In this document: positions 1 through 13,530 of the stretch, in pieces
Layout: the number at the start of each line of letters is the position of its first letter
How positions within the stretch are numbered: the stretch's first letter is position 1
Assembly (NCBI RefSeq): GCF_018350175.1
Contig: NC_058368.1
Span: forward strand, 116,066,001-116,130,000
DNA length: 64,000 nucleotides
Direction: 5' to 3'
Source: Felis catus
Taxonomy: Eukaryota
Made by a program: the position numbers and the translations under genes
Notes under the pieces: generated by a model
What the model was told of the DNA's origin: nothing
What the model saw: only the letters and a program-made list of their open reading frames with translations
The model's database searches: none

Positions 1-249
1 TTTCCCACATGCAGAAGATGGAACAAGACCTCCCTGAGCTTTTGAACATGGTAAGGACAATGGCACGACCACTAGGGCCTCCAGGCAAGGGGTAGGGGCA
101 GAGAAGGAGCGCTGACCCTGCCTTAGAGCCTGGTGGGCCCTTTTCTCCTCTCAGTTCAGCTCACTGAGCTCCTTTGTAAGGTATTATAAATGTTCAAGAA
201 ATTCTGACTCTGTTAGGCTGGACAGTATTAAAGTATCCTGGAAACACAA

Positions 250-475
250 ATAATAATAATAGTAATACACCATTTATGATTCACTTGATATGTGCACTCT
301 GAGCTCAATGAATTATGTGAATTTTATTATTCAGTCCTTACCACTTTTTAAGAGAGATGTGCTGTCATTGTCCCCATTTTATAACCTAGGAGACTGAGAC
401 TCTGAGGAATGAAGTCACTAGCCCAAGGTTACACACAGCCAGTTAGGATTAAAACTGACACCTGTCTGTCTCCAG
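250..475. mobile_element. MIR (one of many; others near 3230-3440, 4400-4630, 5610-5850, 15890-16050, 21070-21300, 44020-44230, 53890-54100, 59650-59800)
   Basis: MIR core CCCATTTTA(C/T)A...GAG(A)AACTGAGGCTCAGAG...AAGT(G/C)ACTTGCCCAAGG motifs. Confidence 0.7.
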
Positions 476-2540
476 GGTTTGTACCATCCATCCCTCCTAC
501 ATATATCCCCTAGGGCCCTGAGCTGGTGGAGGGAGGAGCACTGGATAGAGGGTGGGTGCCATGCTGGCCTCCACCTTTGGTCAAGTTCATCCTGCCTCCA
601 CACAAATTGTTTTTCTGGTCTTGGGGCTAGTGGCCTGATGGTGGGCAGTGAGGCCTCCAGATATCATGGCAGGAAGGTGGCAGCTTGCCCATGTTTCCGG
701 TGGCTGAGCTCCCCTGATGCCCAGGCTGACTCTGCCCTCCACCTTGGGCCTAGGTAGTGATTTCCCAAACCCTGGTACCTGGCAGGCAGGCAGCCATGAG
801 ATTGAGGACTCACCCATAAGATCAGAGGTGCCTTTGAAGCCCTAAGCCAAACACAAGTGGGCAGAGAACGTGCCACAGAAGTCACTTGTTGGTCCCATGT
901 GTCCAGGAGCTCCCCCTGGACACCACTGCCACGGGTCCCAGAGCTGCCCTGGCTTCTGCACTGTGGGAAGGCGTGGCCCTACAGAGGGGATAGGGTGGGG
1001 ACAAGGGGGAAATAGGATACCCAACCAGCAACCAGAGGGTTCCCTCCCCTCTCCAGAGGACATCACAGACCTATGGGAATGAGAGTCACCCCTTGTCTGG
1101 AGTAGCCAGGGGGAGGGAAGGGGCTCTTTCTGGGGATTATTACATTCAGTCCTTAAAGCGACACAAAGAAGGTGTCATAATTGCCCATTTTACAGAAGAA
1201 GAAACCCGGCTCAAGGTCCTTCAACTGGCATGTGGCCTTGTGGTTAACTTCTCTGCTGCACCACCTCCACAGCCCTTACTAGGTTATGACAAGGCTGGGG
1301 TTGAAGGAAAGAGAAAGAGGGTCTCAAATGCAGGACTTAGAGAAGAGACAGGAGTCACTTCCGCTCCCACCCCCCACATCCACAATAAACTGTGAACTCC
1401 TAAAGCCATGAATGAGATTGATCACCATTCACAGAGTCCAGGGGAGCACCTTCCCCCACGCAAGTCCTGTGTGTGCCCAGCAATGGCACCAGCCCTGTCC
1501 TCAGACAGGTGGCAGTAGTGAGAGGGGACAGATACGTTACAAGGCACCTACTCTGGAGATGCAGCATGAGTGCTAGGTGACGTGGACGGCCAGCCAACCC
1601 AGCCGGGGAGAGGGAGAGGTCAGCAAGCTTCCTGGGGTTGGGGGGGGGGGGAGGGAGGTGATCCCAAAGAAAGAGTAGGAATTAAATTAGACAAAAGTGA
1701 TAACCAGTGGTAGAGGCAGAGCGGAGCATTATGAGCAGGGACCAGGAAGCCTAAGTCCTTTTGAGGCAGCTGAGAAATGGGGGTGAGGAGGTGGGGCAAG
1801 AGGCCAGAGGAGAGGGCTGTGGGTGGTCAGGCCAGAAATCACAGACCCTAAAGGCAGGGCTTGTGAGTGTCCAAGCCTGAGGAACCTGGAACAGCCAGAC
1901 ACCCTCCCACAGTCTCCTCGTGGACATCACTGTGAACCGGACCGGGAACATTCCAGCCTAATCAAAGCTCAGATCGGCAAGTTCCAGAGGCTCTATGCAC
2001 TGAGGCCAAGGCCAATTTCCCCCCGGGAGTTTGCCTGCTTCTTGCCCAGCCAGGCTGGAGTGGGGGCTCCCAGATCCTCTGAGATTCCTCCAGACCCTCA
2101 GAAGGTTGGAGGCCCGAGTTTTCCCTTTCCAGATTCTGGGGCAACTGGGTAGGGATGGAGGGAAGCGGGGTGGAAATGGAGTCAGAGGCCCCACCTGTAT
2201 GTAGGAGGAGCTGGAAAATCCTGCCTGAGGAAGAGGACTTTGGAGCGATCAGGTTCTCAGGAGGCCCCTGCTCGGGCTGATATTTCTAGAAAGGGCCCAA
2301 AGGCAAGATTTCAGCCTCAACCTGAGCGCAAGCTAGCACTGCTGCCCTCCACCAGCCCAGCCCTGGCCTCCTCTCAGGGGAGACTGGAAGGGAGGACAGA
2401 CACTAGGATATGGAAGCAACAGCCCCCAGCCCTGGAAATGGGGTGTTGTTTGGCCAACTGGACTGCAGTCTCTGTTTTCAGTTAATAATTTTTACTTCAT
2501 TGTGAAAGCTTCCATTCTTTAATTAACAGCATCATGCTTT

Positions 2541-2657
2541 AAAAAAAAAAAAGATTTTTTTTTTTTTAGGTAATCTCTGCACTCAACGTGGGGCTTGAAC
2601 TCACAACCCTGAGATCAAGAGTCACATGCTCTACTGACTGGGCCAGCCAGGCACCCC
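2541..2657 (-). mobile_element. Short (old-type) CAN-SINE
   Basis: tRNA-like head ending GGCACCCC; TSD AACAGCATCATGCTTT / AACAGTGTCATGCTTT. Confidence 0.85.
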
Positions 2658-3559
2658 AACAGTGTCATGCTTTTGAGGACAGCGCTTTTCCTAGGAGGGT
2701 GGCAGGGTATAGGGACAGTTATCTTAAGTATACTACCTAATGTCACCAATTTCTGCCTGAGATTAAAAAGACAGAGATGCCCCCTTCCTTCCCTCTTTAT
2801 ACACTGGAGAACCTCCTCTATCTCCTCACCCCTCCCTCAGCTCACACCTTCTCCCCTCTCTCTCCCTGGCTCCCGGAACTGGTCTGTGGCATTGGCAAAA
2901 GTTAAATACGGAGAATCAGTGAGAAGGAAGACAGAGAGATTAGGCTCCCTCAGGAGAAGGGGTCCCCATCTCACCTCACAGGTTGGCCAGGTAAGTAGGG
3001 GTGGGATGCTGGGGGTGAGCTTGGGGTGGGTGACTCCCCTTTCCAGAACCTCTGAGCTTTCTGTGACAGGCCCGAGGACCTGGTGTCATCAGCCGACTGC
3101 GAAGGGAGGGAACCTCCCCTTGCTGACCTGGCTGACCCCCATCTGGAGGCTGGCCAAACTCTGCAACTCAGTGTGGCCTTGTCTCGGAGCCGTCATCAAT
3201 GACAGTACCGGCAGCCACGGCAGAGAAGATTGTGTACCGAGGGCTTGCTTGGTGTCTGCACTATGCTTGCGCATTCTTCGTTCGTTGTCTTTTTAAATCC
3301 TCACAAACCACATGAGCGTTTAATTAACCCCAATTTACAGATGAGGCAACTGAGGCTCAGAGGAGTTAAGTGACTTCCCACAGCCTCGTGGTTTGTAAGT
3401 GACAGTGTCAGGACTCAAACCCAGTCTGACTGACTCCGGAGCCTGTAGAGGGTGGATGAAGCTGGACCAACATTGCTCCTGCCCTACCACGCCAGCTCAC
3501 CCCCAGGGCATTACTGGGCAATACCTTCAGCACTCTGCAGCCCATCTGACCTCTGCTCA

Positions 3560-3739
3560 TTTTTTTTTTTTAATGTTTATTTATTTTTGAAAGAGGGCAA
3601 AAAGAGAGGGAGATGCAGAATCTGAAGAAGGCTCTAGGCTCTGAGCTGTCAGCACAGAGCCCAACTCAGGGCCCAAACTCATGAACCATGACAGGAGCAG
3701 AAGTCTGACACTTTACAGACTGAGCCATCAAGGCGCCCC
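3560..3739 (-). mobile_element. CAN-SINE
   Basis: T-tail, GA-rich segment, GGCTCTGAGCTGTCAGCACAGAGCC core. Confidence 0.85.
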
Positions 3740-6479
3740 TGATCTCCTGCTCATCTTAAGCTCAGTTCTGCCCCAGGGCCTGGCCCGCCCTCCCAGAGCT
3801 GGAGAAGGAGCAGGATGGGCTCCAGAAGGTTCTACAGCTCCTCCATCCTCGACACCCCCAACCCCTGTAGCTATTTCAAACACTTGTAACGCAAAGATCT
3901 TATCTGTCCTAGACTTGTTCATTGTGCTTATAACACACTTGATTCGTGTCTCAAAAGTGACGGCTGCTTGGGTATTTCATGGAGAGGGGAGTTGGTGGCA
4001 GAGCCAGTGCACTCTGGCACGTGGGACGGGGCCTGAGCTCAGCTTGGCACACTGACGGGGCACAGCCTGGCCAGTGTCGGCGTCACACACACGTCAGAGT
4101 AGCCATGGTCACTTTTGTTAGTTGAGATTACTGCACTCGGCCCGGAAAAAGAAAGAAGGGAGGGGGGCAAGCCCAACAGGTCCAAGTGGGTGAGGGAGCA
4201 GGCGCCACAGACTCCTGGGGGCAGAGTTGACCAGAGATTTGTGGCTCAGGCTGGCAAGAAGGGATGCCAGGGCTCTGGTGATCACCCCCTCCCCCGCCCT
4301 GGGGGGGGGGCGGTTCTCTCCCTGCCTCCCCACTGCTTCCTGCTCTTACCCCACATTGCCTGGGGCACCTGAAACCACCTCCCTCACCTCCCAGGAACAC
4401 AGGCTTTGGAGTCCAAGGAACCTGGGTTTGAATCCTGAGACTCTAAGCAAGTTACTTAACCTCTCCGGACCACAGTAATGCTAATGTTTATTAAGTGCCC
4501 ACTATGTGCCAGGATAGTTCGTCTACTTACTAAATCCTCAAAACCACCTTATGAGGGTTGGCGCTATTATTATTGCCCCTATGTTATAAACGAGGAGACC
4601 GAGGTTTAGGTCGAGTAATTTGCCAAAGCTGGAAGCTCGCAGCTCCCCCGATGTGCTGGTGGCTGGTTGGTGTGTGGGGACACTCAGAACCACTGGCTCG
4701 GCCCCAGCCCACTTTGCAGAGAGGCTGCAGACCCCCCTGTAGCAGCCAGGGATGCTGAGCCAGGTGAGCAGGCTGCCGGCGTCCCACTTCAGAGGCCTCT
4801 CGGACCCTGTGGAAGGTCTTTCCTGCCCACCTCCCTGAAAGGCTCTTCCTCCTTCCTCCGGGATGGGCTGGGGGCCTCACCTGGTGTGGGCGTGTCTCCA
4901 GGTGACACAAGGGAAGGGCAGGGGCTCTCAGGAGGAGCCTGTGTACTTGGGGTGCATTTGTTTTTAATCTACTCCTCCCAACCACTTGCTTGGCCCAGGG
5001 TGGGCCTGATGTTCCACTGGGTGATTGGAGCAGTCCTCAGAAGGGGCTGCTTTAAGGGAGGGGTCTTCTTGGATAGCTCCTTATCCCCATCCTTCAGGTC
5101 CTAACCCACCAGTCACTTCCTGAGGGAATGGCTCAGGCCAGGTCCTTGTCCTGTCCCCTTATTGCAGTACTAAGTGTTGCTTTAATCACCATCTCCCCTC
5201 CCCTCCAGGACTGAGTGCTTTTTGAGGGCGGAGACAAAATAACTTTGCTCATCACTGCCCCTAGGGCCTGGACCCACCTGACTTCTGCACAGTAAGCCAG
5301 AGCCTGCCTGGACCCACAGTGCCCCAGGGAGGCAGAGATGTAGCAAGAGGGTGTCCCCAGTGGTGATTGCAGCAGAGCAGATCTGACCCTGATCTGAGGA
5401 TAAGACCTGCCATCGGAGATAGGGACGGGCCCCCATCAGCCTCAACTTCCTGCGCCAGTTTGCAGAAGAAACCAAACCAGAACTTACAAGGGACAGGTAC
5501 CAGTGGAACGGCCCTCTCAGCCTCAGACCCTTCACCTTGGCTGGCACCTGCCTTGAGCACTCGGGCTTTGGCCTCTGTGAAGGTTGCTTCCCCAACAACA
5601 GCAACAGCAGCAATAACAGTATTACTGAATATTCACCCAGTGCTTACTGTGTTCCAGGCCCTGTGCCAAGCACCTTCCGTGATTATCTCTCAGAATCCCT
5701 CTAACAACCTCAGAAGACAGGGGCCGTTTTCATCTTCATTTTACAGGTGAGGAAACTAAAACTCAGAAAGGTTAAGTGATGTTTGCAAAGTTGCCCAGCA
5801 TGTGAGGGGTGGAGGTGGGATTGTGAAGCCAGAAGTCTTAACCCCCAAATGCCTCCAGGGCATGCCTCTCTAATTTGATAGTCAGGGGCAGGTCCCACCC
5901 GCTCATTGGGCCCATTCATTCACAGGTGAAGTACGTTCACACACACAGAATTGACTGGAACGTGAAGCCCTGTCCCACACCCAGGGCTCAATAGGGCACT
6001 CATTCATATTTATTGAACACCTGCTGTATGCCAGATCCTGTACTAGGTGCCAAGGATACACTGGCGAACAAAACAGACCCAAACCCTGCTCTCATGGAGC
6101 ATATATTCTAGTGGAAAAGAATAAAATACGTATCCAATTACAAACTGTGATACAGGCCAAGAAGGAAAACTACAGCTGGTTTTGGGGCAGAACAATATGG
6201 GAGGACATCATTGAGACAGGGGAGGAGGCCTTTCGGAGATAACATTTATACCGTAACATAATCAATCAATCAATCAGCCAGTTGATTAATCCAGGCCATA
6301 GCGGTGGTCAGTTTCACCTGCTGTGATTTGCACCTGCTGTGATTTGCGTAGTAGACGTTTCCCTCAGCTTTCGTCTCCATCAAGGAAAGGGCTGCAGTCC
6401 ACGGCCATTTTGCCATTTGCTGAGAGAAGAGCCCTTGAGTTTCCAGACCTTGGTGACCTCAGAACAAAAGGTGAAGGAA

Positions 6480-7130
6480 AGTATGACCTCACTTAGCTTT
6501 TTTGATAAAGCGGGAAGGGCAGGGTCCCCCACACCCCATCAGTTAGTGAGCGGCTGGCCCCCCGCCCGGCCTCCCTCCCCTCCCCGCCCTCGGAAGTGTG
6601 GTGCTCTGTCGCCACCTGGTGGACATAACAGACCATGCAGGGGCGGCCAAGCTCCTCCGTCCAGGGTAGGATTCAGATTGTTGTGGCTTCCCTTGGGCGG
6701 CGGCTGTGAAAAGGAGGCAGAGGGTTTAGGTGACTTCCTGGCAAGGGGCGGGGAAGAGGAGAAGGAGCGAGGGTGGATGGGGAACTGCTGCTTGAGAGTC
6801 AACTGACTGGAGATGGACAATGGCCCCATTGTGTCCGGGGCCTTGACCTTGATTTCCTGCCACTCTCATCTCCGGCGTGGCATCACCCGGGTCTGATTGG
6901 CCGGGAGTCCACTCCGTGACAGTGGGCGGGCCCCGCGCCTGGAACGCGAGCAATGGGCTCCCCGAAGGGCGAGACGCGTGACCGGTCCAGTCCCCCCAGG
7001 AAGCCCAGGGAAAGCCAACACCTCTCAGAAGTCCTTTCCTCCTCTCTCTGCCCCATGGGGAATGTGGGGGAGCCAGAACCGTGCGCGCTCTCGTTGAAAG
7101 GCGTGCTGCCGGGTTGGTTAAGGACTGAGG
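6480..7130. promoter_or_regulatory. Orphan CpG-rich regulatory element with CTCF motif
   Basis: Locally CpG-rich and repeat-free. CTCF-like TGTCCACCAGGTGGCGAC on the minus strand (6608-6625), ETS CGGAAGT (6591-6597), TGACCTTGA (6844-6852), inverted CCAAT box (6896-6900), GC box ~6923. Confidence 0.6.
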
Positions 7131-7659
7131 GCTCTCCTCTCAAAGACCCTGCCCCAAATTAATTATGGGATCCTTGGACACAGTCTGTAGAACCACCCAC
7201 CCCACCCCCCTTTGTTTTTAAGTAAACGTTCATGGATACCATTCCCATTGTAAAAAATCTTACTCAATGCAGTAAAACGCTAAAGTTCTCCCCCTCTGTC
7301 ACACTCAGCACCCTCCTCAGGTAACTACTGTTGTTTCATGTGTGTCCTTCCTGACTTCATATGACAAATCTGTCTATCATTTAGTGTATGTACTCTCTGG
7401 GCCTCACTTTTCTAATCTGAAAATGGGAATGGAAATATTGGAAAAGCTACCTGAGATCATTCTCAGGTGTTTAATTCGGCACCCGGCACGGGGTCAGTGA
7501 TTACTGTTACCATCGTTGCCATCTTTCCTGTCAGTATCCTCAGACCTCGGACCCAAATCTGAAGTCTAGATAGAAACCTTTTCTCACTCTACAGCCTGCT
7601 CCTCCCCCTCCTGCTTCTCCCTTCTAACAAACTGTGATAAAAATCTGTGTTCCCTAATG

Positions 7660-7661
<2 letters not shown>

Positions 7662-7696
<35 letters not shown>
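7662..7696. repeat. (TG)n microsatellite
   Basis: Read directly from the sequence. Confidence 0.95.
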
Positions 7697-7698
<2 letters not shown>

Positions 7699-8744
7699 AA
7701 GCCAGAAAGAGCATCTGGTGTTTTCTGCATGTTCTTCCCTGCCCTTCCCTTCCCTCACCCTCACTCTTCCCCTTGCCTTCCATGTTTGACCTAGATGCAA
7801 CCCCTCACCCCACTGCAGGGGGAATATCCCATTCTGTGCCAGAGGAAGAGACTTCCATGGCCCACAAGGTGCTGCTGAACCCACAGTGACTCCACATAAA
7901 AGCAGTCCCCTGGGAGTCGGGCTAGTGGCTCAAGAGGGAGGGCACTCTGTGACAGGCCACACGGTAGAGCAGTAAGTGCAGGGTCAGCTGGCCGAGCACC
8001 CCAGGTTGTGGCCAAGGGCAAGTCCCTTGGCCTCTCTGAGCCTCAGCTATCTCACCTGTGCAATGGGCTCCTAACAACAGCCACCACATTGAGCTGCTGT
8101 GAGAATAACGCCGCACCCGTGAAGGGACCCGGCACTGAGAAAACGAAATGGTAGTTATTATTATGTTGGAAAACAAAGTGTCATGTTTATTTAGCATTTT
8201 ATGCTTGCAAAGGGAATTTATAAGTTCTTCCTTCTTTTTAAAAGGAGCTAGTCTGTGGAGAAGGAAGTTTGGTTTTGATTTACAAGTCTCCAGAGAAAGG
8301 GAAATTCCTTTACCTCCGCTTTTGTTGGAGCAGCCAGTTGTCGCTTCCTGGAGCTGTTGCCGGTCTCTCAGATGGCCCACGGAGCTCCCTCCAGCCAGAG
8401 AACACCAGAGTACGGGACACTGAAGGACCTCCCCGTTCCAGAGGGCGCAGCAGAGATAACGTCAAACCCATGTAAGTAAGACGAGGCCAAATCACCCATT
8501 CAACGAACAGCCGTCGGGCGGGTGCTCTGTGCCCAGCCTGTATCACATGGCACTGCACAGCCACGCAGGGGCTTAATTAGGGTAAAAAAATTACTACACA
8601 TACTAGCTAATATTTACTCGGTTCTTATTAGATGTCAAGTATGTTATAAGCACAGTGAACAAACGTAGGACAGATAAGATCTTTGCCCTCAAGTAGCTTG
8701 TCTTTTAATGGTTTTTCACATGATACCCTCCTCTTTTTTTTTTT

Positions 8745-10835
8745 CCTTTGGCATAATTTACACATATTAAAATTTGCCTTTTCTTAGTGTAAAGTTGTGT
8801 GAGTTTTGACAAACACAGTCATGTAACCACCATCACAGTCAAGGTATAGAATATGTTCATCGTGTCCTGAATGTCCCTCTTGCTCTTTAGTGACCGACCC
8901 CTCCCCCCGCATCCCCGGGCACTGGCAGCCACTGATCTGATGGCTATCCTTATAGTTTTGACTTTTCCAAAATCGAATCCTTCAGTGTGTAGTCATTTGA
9001 ATCTGGCTCCTTTACTTACCACGACGTTTTGATATCTATCCGTATTGTACATTATCAGTGGTTCATGCCTTGTTTTCTGTCTTTCAACTTTTTTATAATT
9101 TCTAATTTTATTTATATTTTGAGAGAAAGAGTGAGAGAGAGCAGGGGAGGGGCCGGGAGAGAGGGAGAGAGAGAATCTCAAGCAGGCTCTGCACTGTCAG
9201 CACAGAGCGTGATGCAGGGCTCCAACTCACGAACCGTGAGAGAGACCATGACCTGGGCTGAAATCAAGAGTCAGAGAGAGGCTTAACTGAATGAGCCACC
9301 CATGCGCCCGTCTTTCAACTTTTTTTTTTACAAAACTTTTCCAATATAAAGTTAAAAGAATAATTTAGTCAATATCTATAAACCCACCACCTAGATTCAA
9401 TAATTGTTTCCCTTTTGCCATATTTCAAAATGATGTATATACATAGGCATATATATTGGCTGAACCGTTTGAAAGTACTTCTAGAACTTCAACACAGGGC
9501 TCCTGGGTTTCTCAATTGTTAAGCATCTGACTTCAGCTCAGGTCATGATCTCACAGTTGGTGAGTTTGCATCCTACGTCAGGTGGGTTCAAGGCCCCGCT
9601 TTGGGTGAGGGCAAGACCCTCTTCAGGTAAAACATGAGCCCTGGGTGAGCACCGCCTCTCTCTCTCTCTCTCTGCCCTTTGTGGGATTCTCTTTCTGCCT
9701 CTCACTTACTTGTGCCCTCTCTCTCTCTCTTTCTCTCAAAATAAATACATAAGTAAATAAAAATAAATCCTCAACATCTATTACCTAGGAAGGAGGACAT
9801 CTGATGAGCATGTCATACAAGGAAGTTGACAACAATTCCCAAGTGTCATCTACTATCCATCCATTTGCAAATGTCCCCTATTTAAAAAAAAAAAAAAGGC
9901 TTTTGTAACTTTTTACCTGGCAGAGTTTTGTCTCTAAATTTTTAGTTTTGAAGACATTATAAACTTACAGGAAGATGCAGAAAGTTAAGAGATCCATCCA
10001 TTGGACAGCCTCCTACAATGGGTGGCATCTCATATAGAGCTGTTGGAAAATATCCAAACCAGGACATTGACGTTGGTACATTATTGCTAGTTAGACTGTA
10101 GACCTGATTCATTTTCACCATTTATAACCTGCACTCATTTGTGTGTATGGACGTGTGCATAGCTCTATGCACTTAAGTCCCGTGTACAGATGTGCATATC
10201 CACCACCACAGACAAGGGGTGGACTGCTACCTCGCCACAGAAGGACTCTCTGGTGCTGCCTCTCTGTATGTACCCGCTCTCGCTCCTTGCCTCCCTGTCC
10301 CCAGGTCACCGCGATCTGTTCTCCAACTCTATAGTCTTGTTGTTTTGAGACTAGTATATACGTGAAATTACACAGGATGCAACCTTTTGAGATTGAACTT
10401 TTTTTTCACTAAGCAGAATGCCCTTGAGGTCCCTCTAGGTTGTCTTGTGTGTTATCAACAGTTCATTTGCTTTAATGGCTGAGTAGTATTCTCACACAGA
10501 TGTACCACACTGTAGCCTCCAGTTGAAGGACATGTGAATTATTTCCAATTTTGGCGATTATGTAAATAAAGTCACAGACATTTGTGTACAGCTTTGCATG
10601 TGAATGTAAGGTTCATTTCATTTGGCGGCATCGCTGGGTTGCACAGTCGAGTGTAAGTTTATCTTTATGTGAACTGACCAACTCTTCTGCAAATTGGCCG
10701 CACCGTTTTGCATTCCCAGCAGCTTGTGTGAGAGTTGCCATTGCTCTGCATCTTGCCAACACTAGCTGTTAGCACTTAATTTTTTTTTCTTTTTAATTCT
10801 AACCATTCTAATATATGTGTAATGGTATCCCACAT
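8745..10835 (-). mobile_element. Cluster of old L1 3' fragments with inserted CAN-SINEs (~9100-9309 minus; ~9497-9767 plus)
   Basis: L1M 3' UTR-like antisense motifs (GTCATGTAACCACCATCACAGTCAAGGTATAGAA; GGCTGAGTAGTATTCT; CATTCCCAGCAGC). SINE A/B boxes and CT/A tails are present. Confidence 0.65.
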
Positions 10836-10847
10836 AACTTTTTAAAA

Positions 10848-11271
10848 CTTTTTTTTTAACATTTATTCATTTTTGAGAGACAGAGAGAGACAGAGCATGA
10901 GCAGAGGAGGGCCAGAGAGAGAGGGAGACACAGAATCCAAAGCAGGCTCCAGGCTCTGAGCTGTCAGCACAGAGCCCGATGTGGGGCTTGAACTCACCAA
11001 CCACGAGATCATGACCTGAGCTAAAGTCAGATGCTTAACCAACTGAGCCACTCAGGCACCCCATATACCTTTTTAAAAAAATATTTATTTATTTGGGGGA
11101 GAGCACAAGTGGGGGAGGCATAGAAAGAGGAGAACAGAGGATCTGAAGCATGCTGTGTGCTGACAGGCTGACAGCAGTGAGCCCGATGTGGGTCTCGAAC
11201 AAACAAACCGTGAGATCATGACCTGAGCTGAAGTGGGACGTTCAAACAACTGAGCCACCCAGGTGCTCCCC
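10848..11271 (-). mobile_element. Two tandem CAN-SINEs (~10848-11062, ~11070-11271)
   Basis: Two complete SINE bodies in the same orientation. Confidence 0.88.
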
Positions 11272-11299
11272 ACATAGCTTTTATATCATACATAAGCCC

Positions 11300-11787
11300 G
11301 AGTTGTAACTGTTCTGCAAACCCTCCAGTGGCTTCCCATCAGAGTCAGAATAAAATTCAAACTCGTATCTAAGGCCTGCCAGACCCTCTTCCCCATCTTA
11401 CAGGCTTTGCCCCTCACTCTGCTCCAGCCCTAGTGAGCTGACCTCCCAAGTTTCTCCACCACGAGGCTTTTCACTTGTGGTTCCATATGCCTAGAATGTT
11501 TTTGCCCAGGTATCCACCTGGCTCATTCTCTGTCACATCAACTTCTCTGAGAAACTTCCTGGTGGTCAAAATGAGCCATATGCCCACCCTCCTCTTCATA
11601 ATTCTCTTAGCCTGTTTAATTTTTCTTCATAGCGCTTACCTCTTCTTGATATAATGTATGTCAGTCACTGAATTGGTTGCTGTCTGTCTCCCCCATAAGG
11701 ACAGGGATTGGCTCTCAATGACTATCTCCACTGCTCAACACAATGCTTGGCACAGAGGAGACACTCGATAAATACTTGTTGAATGAG
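11300..11787. mobile_element. L2 3' fragment
   Basis: Starts with CCCTCCAGTGGCTTCCCATC...AAAATTCAAACTC and ends in CTTGGCACAGAGGAGACACTCGATAAATACTTGTTGAATGA, matching the recalled L2 terminus. Confidence 0.7.
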
Positions 11788-12354
11788 CGTGTATCAGAAA
11801 CCTCTGGTGACCGTCTTCTCATCCTTCTGACCCACCTTTTACTCATCTGGCATCCTGGCAACCAGCTTGGAGCAGGTGGAGGCCCCTGGGCTTAGCTGCC
11901 CCCCACAGCTCTTGCCTTCTGCCCACGGCAAGCACCGGCGCCTGCAAGTGTGAGGAGGTTAGGGGCTGGAGTTAGCAGATAGAGGCTCCCTTCTCTGCCA
12001 CTCGGTGGAAGTTTTGAAGTGCACTCAGCAGGTCCCAGCGGACAGAGCCCCGGTTGCCCACAGCAGTGACCAGCTCCATAGCACACATGTCCTGGCTTTC
12101 TTCCCTTCTCATCCACTGTCCCACTCCACTGCTCCTAGAATCAGTGCTCCCTAGAGCAGTGCTCCACTGCTCCCTAGAATCAAGTCCCTAGAGGTGACTT
12201 GCAAGCAAGCGCTTCTTCTGCTTCCTCTACCTGCAAGGAGGTAGCAGGGGTGGAAAAGAGCCCAGATTAAATTAAAACAAATATATGGAGCTTATAGTCT
12301 AGTGGGAGAGACAAATGGGAATTTGAAAAAGAAAACAAAATTTAAATACCTACA

Positions 12355-13520
12355 GGTGAAGGGATAGATTTTTCAACAAATGGTACCGGAATAATGGAAT
12401 ATCCAACTGGAAAACAGTAGATCTCAATCCTTACTTCCCAACATACTTGAAATACATCCAAGAACTAAAGATTTAACAAAGAAAAACTATACAACTTCCA
12501 GAAGAAAGCAGAGGTGAAAATCTACATGACCTTGGGATAGGCAGAGTTTTCTTAGATCACAGGTAGAACCAATCATAAAAAAGGGAGGAGAGACAGCATT
12601 ATATGTCACAGAGTGGAAAAGAGTTTTGCAATTCATATTTTTGACAATAATCTGCATCTACAACATACGGAGAAATATGTAAATAAAAAGAAAGCAAACA
12701 ACCAAATTAAAATACGGCAAAAGATTTTTAAAAATACTTTAAAGGAAGATATACAAATATTCGTAAGTACTTGAAAAATTTGTTCAGTGTTATTAGCCAT
12801 TAGGGAAATATAAATTAAAACCACAATGAGATGACACCATACACCCATTAGAATGGCTAAAATTGAAAACACTGGTAATAAGTGTTGACAAGGATGTGGA
12901 CCAACTGGAATTCTCACACACTGCTGGTAAGAGTGTGAAATGGAAAAAAGGTTGGCAGTATCTTATAAAATTAAACATACACTTACCATCTTATAGTTTT
13001 CCATCGTATATCCAATGTGGTTATTTACCCGAAGGTAATAAAAATGGATGTCTACACAAAGACTTGCATGCAAATTGTCAAAATAGCTTTATTCATAATA
13101 GCCCCAAACTGGAAATGGCCCGGGTGTCCATCAACAGGCCAATAGATATATTGTGGAATATTCGTACTCAGTAATAAAGACACAAATACTGATAAGTGCT
13201 ACAACATGACTAAACCTCCAAAACATTATGCTGACTGAAAGCAGCCAGACAGAAGAGTACAACCTTGTGATTACATTTAAATGAAGTTCTAGAACAAGCA
13301 AAATGGAGCTATGGGAACAGGAAGTAGAGCAGTGGTTGTCTGGGGCTGGCCATAAGTGGGTACCGAACACTGACTGGAAAGAGGGATCAGGAAAATTGTA
13401 CAAGTTATGGAAATACTCTGTATCTTAAGTCGAGTGGTGGATATATGGATATGGGTCATAACTCCTCTAACTGTGAACTTAAACAGATGCCTTTTGTTTA
13501 TGCAAGTTATACCTCAATAA
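12355..13520 (+). mobile_element. Old L1 (L1M-type) 3' fragment: ORF2 C-terminus remnants and 3' UTR
   Basis: A-rich sequence with L1 ORF2 C-terminal motifs (CCACAATGAGATGACACC...ATTAGAATGGCTAAAAT; TTCATAATAGCCCCAAACTGGAAA), ending in ATACCTCAATAA. Confidence 0.85.
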
Positions 13521-13530
13521 GGCTGATTTT

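Noticed and set aside
2667..3296. 209-aa ORF
   Set aside because: It starts in a SINE TSD, ends in a MIR, and shows no recognisable homology.
12122..12192. Short imperfect repeats of CTCCCTAGA / CTCCACTGCTCC
   Set aside because: A local slippage-type duplication with no regular repeat-spacer structure; not CRISPR-like, and the DNA is eukaryotic.
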